A stretch of 41,624 nucleotides of DNA from a virus (lineage: Duplodnaviria > Caudoviricetes), in IMG/VR virus record IMGVR_UViG_3300020472_000058, positions 1 through 41,624 of that record; one strand, given 5' to 3'. Below, one piece after another: positions 37,864 to 41,624 of this stretch. Under the pieces are notes generated by a model. The model worked only from the letters and a program-made list of their open reading frames with translations. It searched no databases and was not told where the DNA came from. How positions within the stretch are numbered: the stretch's first letter is position 1; each line of letters starts with the position of its first letter. Position numbers and translations under genes: made by a program.

Positions 37864-38154
37864 CTCAGAAATTCTCAAGATGATTCAATATATACTCAAT
37901 CAACTCAGAAATTCTCAGGAAATCTCAGAAAAAGTTTGAATCCGTTTGGTATAAAATATGGAATTGCAAAGTTCATGCCAAAGTTTCCTGAGAAATCCTG
38001 AGATTTATTAGTAGCTACTAACTTTTGCTGTTAGCCTGTGGAGCAGTCCTGAGATCTGTAGCACTAATTTTAAAAATTAGCCAATGCTAATAAAATGGAT
38101 CGCAGGAATTGAATGGGGTAAAAGCTCCAATCACTATCGATTACACTATCTCAG
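37864..38154. repeat. Cluster of short CTCAG/CTGAG repeats in the genome-end region
   Basis: CTCAG at 37864, 37904, 37914, 37924, 38150; CTGAG at 37988, 37998, 38049. Confidence 0.7.
37965..37981 (-). promoter_or_regulatory. sigma54 (-24/-12) consensus promoter
   Basis: TTGGCATGAACTTTGCA = TGGCAY-N5-TTGCA with exact GG-N10-GC spacing, facing the early genes. Confidence 0.55.
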
Positions 38155-38273
38155 AATTTTTCTGAAAATATCCTGTTCCTTCTGAAGTAGTCAATTCTAA
38201 AGTTGTATTTCTTCCGTCTAAACTTAGTCTTTACTTTATGTATCTGACTACCTCTGTTTTTGATTCCTGCCAT
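38151..38273 (-). CDS. Possible 40-aa very basic peptide (MAGIKNRGSQIHKVKTKFRRKKYNFRIDYFRRNRIFSEKF)
   Basis: AGGA SD; lies downstream of the right-end phage promoter. Confidence 0.35.
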   Translation of the reverse strand: MAGIKNRGSQIHKVKTKFRRKKYNFRIDYFRRNRIFSEKF

Positions 38274-38351
38274 TGGTGATTCCTGTCTTTAAAGGTTCAT
38301 CTATATCCGAAGTCTAAGAAAGAGGGAACAATATGTATTATAACCAGCCCA

Positions 38352-38370
38352 TATCTAGAGTGTAGGAATT
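38352..38370 (-). promoter_or_regulatory. Phage RNAP promoter after terL (phiOR-like)
   Basis: AATTCCTACACTCTAGATA pointing into the terminal region. Confidence 0.7.
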
Positions 38371-38389
38371 GTTTATTATGTTAAGTTAA

Positions 38390-40072
38390 TCACATCCAAG
38401 TAGGAAAAGAATTTATGTTTTTATTATCATTTAAGACACCATTCACAAAGTTTTCAATCTCTATATCGAATAGTTCTTCCTTTCGTGTTTGTATCTCCAT
38501 CTCAGCATCCGCTGCCATAAAGTCAACCCAGTATTGGACTGCCATCTGTAAAGCATCAAGTCTATCGTCATGGATCAAAGCTCCTTTATCCTTTGTAACC
38601 CTTGTCATCTGATGAAAGAGCATATAACGAGCTTGAGTTTCTACAGGATAATCTTGAACTGTCTTATAATCCTTTTCAATGACTTTAGGATCAATCACAA
38701 GCCTATGTTGGTTCATGACAGGTTCTAAGGTATCTATAATCCTTTTCTCTTTCTGAACATTACTTCTTATTTCTTCTATAGTAACATTGTGAATCTTCCG
38801 TAACACAGGTTTCAGGAGTTCCATGAACATCCCATCTCCAAAGTTAGATTCTATCAGGATCAGGTTTACTTCATTACGTTTAGCGATTACTGAGAGTGCC
38901 TGGAGGTTATCGTCTTTGTATCCTCCTCTGAGTCCTCCGCACTCTGTAACATATAAGTAACCATTCAGCATCTTCACTACTGCATATCCAGTTTCATCTT
39001 TTCCTCTTCCGCTTGGATCAATAGAAAGAACTGAACCATTATAAGGTATCCAATCTCCCAGTTTAGTCTCAGGACTATAGAAGAAGTCTCCTGGAAGACC
39101 AACATTAGGAAGATCCACTAACTTATTCCTTGGATCTCTAGTCCATACTGGTTTCTCAGGAGCCTTATCAGAGTCCACACCCATTACGATGAGATCTGAA
39201 AGCTTCAATGGATACTTATCTGCATCCGAAAGGCTTGTATCTAGTTGGAACTGGAGAGCAAATCCTGACCTACCATAAGAAAGTTCTCGCTCCAATAGGT
39301 CTTCGGCATCAAAGCGTAATGGATCAGTAGGATCTCCAACAGTATAACCACGATCAATCCTATCTTGAATAAAAGGTGCAAGCTTGTTTGAATATCTAAT
39401 AACTTGTTTTTCGTCAGGATACCTACTAGGCCAGATCCTAACTTCATAACCTCTTTCAGGAAGTGTTTCATAAAGACTCATTTCTGTTTGTGGAGTACCA
39501 AGATAGACAATTGATCCGTCAGGTTTTAGTACTGCATCAAATTCTTTTACTGCTTCTGAAAGTTTATCTCGCATTGTCTGAGTCATTGAGTTATTTGGAA
39601 CCTCAACATCGTCAGCAACTATTATATCTGCTCTGGAACCTGAAAGTTGTCCAGTAATTCCTACAGACTTCACACTTGGACTATGACTAGCTTGGCAAGG
39701 ACCAACATCAAATGCTACCTTACTCTGTCTTTGTCCTTCTCTAGATTTTAGGTGGTGTAGAATTGGTAATTCATTTATCAATCTCTGTGTAAAGGTTGAG
39801 AAGTCATCTGATCTAACTTTACTTGCGGAAACCACTAGAACTTTAGTCTCAGGATCTAGTAATAATTTCCAACAAACAAATGCTGAGGTGATATAACTTT
39901 TCCCAACTCCTCTGAACGCTTCAATGACTGCTCTCTTAGGAGCGTTTTGAAGATATTCAGCCATATCGTACTGAACAGGAGTTGGATTAGGTAGACTAAG
40001 GTGTTCCCAAACTAGAAAAACAAAGTTCCTAAAGTCCAAAAGAGGATTTTCAGGTTCTTTTTTCTTTTTCAT
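38390..40072 (-). CDS. terL: Terminase large subunit (gp19-like)
   Basis: AFRGVGKS, GSRADIIVADDVE, LGTPQ, IDPSGRGKDETG and HDDRLDAL motifs. Confidence 0.96.
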   Translation of the reverse strand: MKKKKEPENPLLDFRNFVFLVWEHLSLPNPTPVQYDMAEYLQNAPKRAVIEAFRGVGKSYITSAFVCWKLLLDPETKVLVVSASKVRSDDFSTFTQRLINELPILHHLKSREGQRQSKVAFDVGPCQASHSPSVKSVGITGQLSGSRADIIVADDVEVPNNSMTQTMRDKLSEAVKEFDAVLKPDGSIVYLGTPQTEMSLYETLPERGYEVRIWPSRYPDEKQVIRYSNKLAPFIQDRIDRGYTVGDPTDPLRFDAEDLLERELSYGRSGFALQFQLDTSLSDADKYPLKLSDLIVMGVDSDKAPEKPVWTRDPRNKLVDLPNVGLPGDFFYSPETKLGDWIPYNGSVLSIDPSGRGKDETGYAVVKMLNGYLYVTECGGLRGGYKDDNLQALSVIAKRNEVNLILIESNFGDGMFMELLKPVLRKIHNVTIEEIRSNVQKEKRIIDTLEPVMNQHRLVIDPKVIEKDYKTVQDYPVETQARYMLFHQMTRVTKDKGALIHDDRLDALQMAVQYWVDFMAADAEMEIQTRKEELFDIEIENFVNGVLNDNKNINSFPTWM

Positions 40073-40184
40073 ATAGGATTTAGGCTAAAATTATAGGAAT
40101 AGTTCTGAGAGTGCTCAGATCGCTCTGTATGAGAAGGAAAGGTTTAAGTGATATGAATGGGTTAGTGGTGGTATCTTTTGTTAA

Positions 40185-41321
40185 TTAGGATACTATTTGA
40201 AGATCTTTTTTTCGTCTTTTTCTATTTTTTGAGTACAAATCATCATTTTCAAGGAATGTTCCTTTATTATCTGTAGCAGATTTCACATTTCCTTTATTAA
40301 ATAGGATAGCTTCAGTATAATCACTTTCTCCATGAGGAACACTCTGTTGAAGAACACCATCATATCCTAAACTTTGGAAAAATTCGGTAAGTTCTAATCC
40401 ACTATCTAAAGAATGTAAATATCTTTCAACTTCCATAGGAGTTTTAAGAAAAACAGCTTCAGTTTTTATTTTTGAAATATCTGTACTATGATTAGGATCG
40501 GTAGGATCAAGAGCTTCAAGTCCCATTCGTAATCTTGTTAGACCTTCAGAAACAATTTGAGAATCTTCTTCATTCATAGCAAATGAATCCATTCCCACTT
40601 CTCCTTCTGGAGAAACAAGTCTCAAGGGATTATACATTCGTAAATAAAGCTTATGAACATTTGAATCTTTTGTAAATTCTCCATCCTGTCCTTTCATGTA
40701 TTTAGGAAACTCACTTTCTATAGTAGAAGTGTATACACCTTTAAATTCAGATCTACTTGCAGTTTTAGATGGATCTAAAGTCCCTTTTATTTTATATGGA
40801 GTTCCATGTCCAAATGCAACTGGTCTACCTTTTTTATCTACAATTAAACCTTGCTTACCTTCTTCATTTTTTCCCCACAAATCTAAATTAAGTCTCTGTA
40901 GAATTGGATCTTTTATGACTACTTTTCCTGTGTTCGTAGAGAAAGCTTGAATAGGAACATCATGCCATCTTTTTGTTTTCTTATTAAATGTAGCTCTTTT
41001 AGGATCTGTATGGTAATCTCTTATTGCTTTTTTTTCGTGTGGTCTAGTATCCCTTATAAAATCTCCTTCTTCATTAGTAATAACTTGTTCTCCTGCTTTA
41101 GGAGGATTTATTACGGATACACCTATTCTTCCTAAAGGAGTAGCTTTACCTAGACTTTTTACTGCTTTTGCAGGAAGATTTTTTACAAATTCAGGTAAAT
41201 TTTGACCACTAACTACTGTTTCTTTACGAGGATCTACTAATGCATCATTAGCTAATTCTGGATGATTTTTCCAAAAAAGATCTTCTTCTGTTGTTGGAAT
41301 TTTTAAATCTTGTCTGCTCAT
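40185..41321 (-). CDS. ADP-ribosyltransferase-like protein (ART-PolyVal-like C-terminal domain)
   Basis: GRPVAFGHGT...GVYTS...LYLRMYNP...GYDGV...EAILFNKGNVKSATDNKGTF; ATGA-coupled to terS. Confidence 0.68.
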   Translation of the reverse strand: MSRQDLKIPTTEEDLFWKNHPELANDALVDPRKETVVSGQNLPEFVKNLPAKAVKSLGKATPLGRIGVSVINPPKAGEQVITNEEGDFIRDTRPHEKKAIRDYHTDPKRATFNKKTKRWHDVPIQAFSTNTGKVVIKDPILQRLNLDLWGKNEEGKQGLIVDKKGRPVAFGHGTPYKIKGTLDPSKTASRSEFKGVYTSTIESEFPKYMKGQDGEFTKDSNVHKLYLRMYNPLRLVSPEGEVGMDSFAMNEEDSQIVSEGLTRLRMGLEALDPTDPNHSTDISKIKTEAVFLKTPMEVERYLHSLDSGLELTEFFQSLGYDGVLQQSVPHGESDYTEAILFNKGNVKSATDNKGTFLENDDLYSKNRKRRKKDLQIVS

Positions 41322-41545
41322 GACTTAAATGAATTATAAGAAAATTTATCATCAGAGGAAAATGGCATACTCTTCATAAGTTCTTCTAAAGAGTTACCAT
41401 CTGTAGGAAGACAGGTAATATTATTGTCCTTAAGGAACTTTACAGCTACTGCCAGATCTGCTGGTTTTGCTTCTCCTGATTTGATTTTTGTTAGTAGGTC
41501 ATCTGCTACTGCATCAAAAAGAGATTGTAGTACTTCTTCTTTCAT
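41318..41545 (-). CDS. terS: Terminase small subunit (gp18-like)
   Basis: LL.KIKSGEA..ADL.VAVKFLKDNNI...L...MPF motif. Confidence 0.88.
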   Translation of the reverse strand: MKEEVLQSLFDAVADDLLTKIKSGEAKPADLAVAVKFLKDNNITCLPTDGNSLEELMKSMPFSSDDKFSYNSFKS

Positions 41546-41548
41546 ATT

Positions 41549-41596
41549 TTAATTACATTTACAAGGGTTACATTTACAATCTTTACATTTACACAT
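41549..41596 (-). CDS. 15-aa Cys-rich peptide MCKCKDCKCNPCKCN (21 aa if started at 41614)
   Basis: AGGA SD; stop lies 3 nt before the terS ATG; six Cys in three CKC units. Confidence 0.55.
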   Translation of the reverse strand: MCKCKDCKCNPCKCN

Positions 41597-41624
41597 ATTT
41601 ATTCCTATAGTCATTAATTGCAGC

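Noticed and set aside
37540-38389. CRISPR array or prophage att site in the long non-coding region
   Set aside because: Repeats are only 5-13 bp with no repeat-spacer periodicity, and there are no cas, integrase or host genes.
548-41135. All plus-strand ORFs in the track (e.g. 13435-13866, 22749-23237, 33303-33635)
   Set aside because: They are antisense shadows of well-supported minus-strand genes, with no recognisable motifs.
1-41624. Alternative genetic code or intron/intein interruptions
   Set aside because: Core genes are full length under code 11, all three stop codons are used, and no large insertions are seen in Pol, RNR, primase or TerL.

Overview
Near-complete genome of a low-GC, probably aquatic T7-like podophage (Autographiviridae-type, with its own single-subunit RNA polymerase). 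All genes lie on the minus strand. The window is circularly permuted. In transcription order (right to left) it reads: Cys-rich micro-ORF, small terminase, ADP-ribosyltransferase-like gene, large terminase, a ~850 bp mostly non-coding genome-end region, small early genes, tRNA-Tyr, DenV-like glycosylase, C5 DNA methyltransferase with a nested alternative-frame ORF, RNAP, replication module (gp2.5, gp3, gp4, gp5, gp6, class II RNR), head, tail, internal-virion and tail-fibre genes. The last fibre-region gene is cut at position 1. No lysis genes or integrase are visible. Best leads: (1) a two-hairpin RNA in the capsid 3' UTR whose loops are antisense to the ribosome-binding sites of early/middle but not capsid-or-later genes; (2) a dual-frame, two-polypeptide C5 methyltransferase; (3) an ART-PolyVal-like protein between TerS and TerL that shares a basic-L-x-I motif with predicted ejected proteins; (4) a consensus sigma54 promoter inside 10-bp-phased CTCAG repeats at the genome end; (5) a 15-aa CKC-repeat peptide. 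All calls come from manual motif reading and synteny; no database searches were run.
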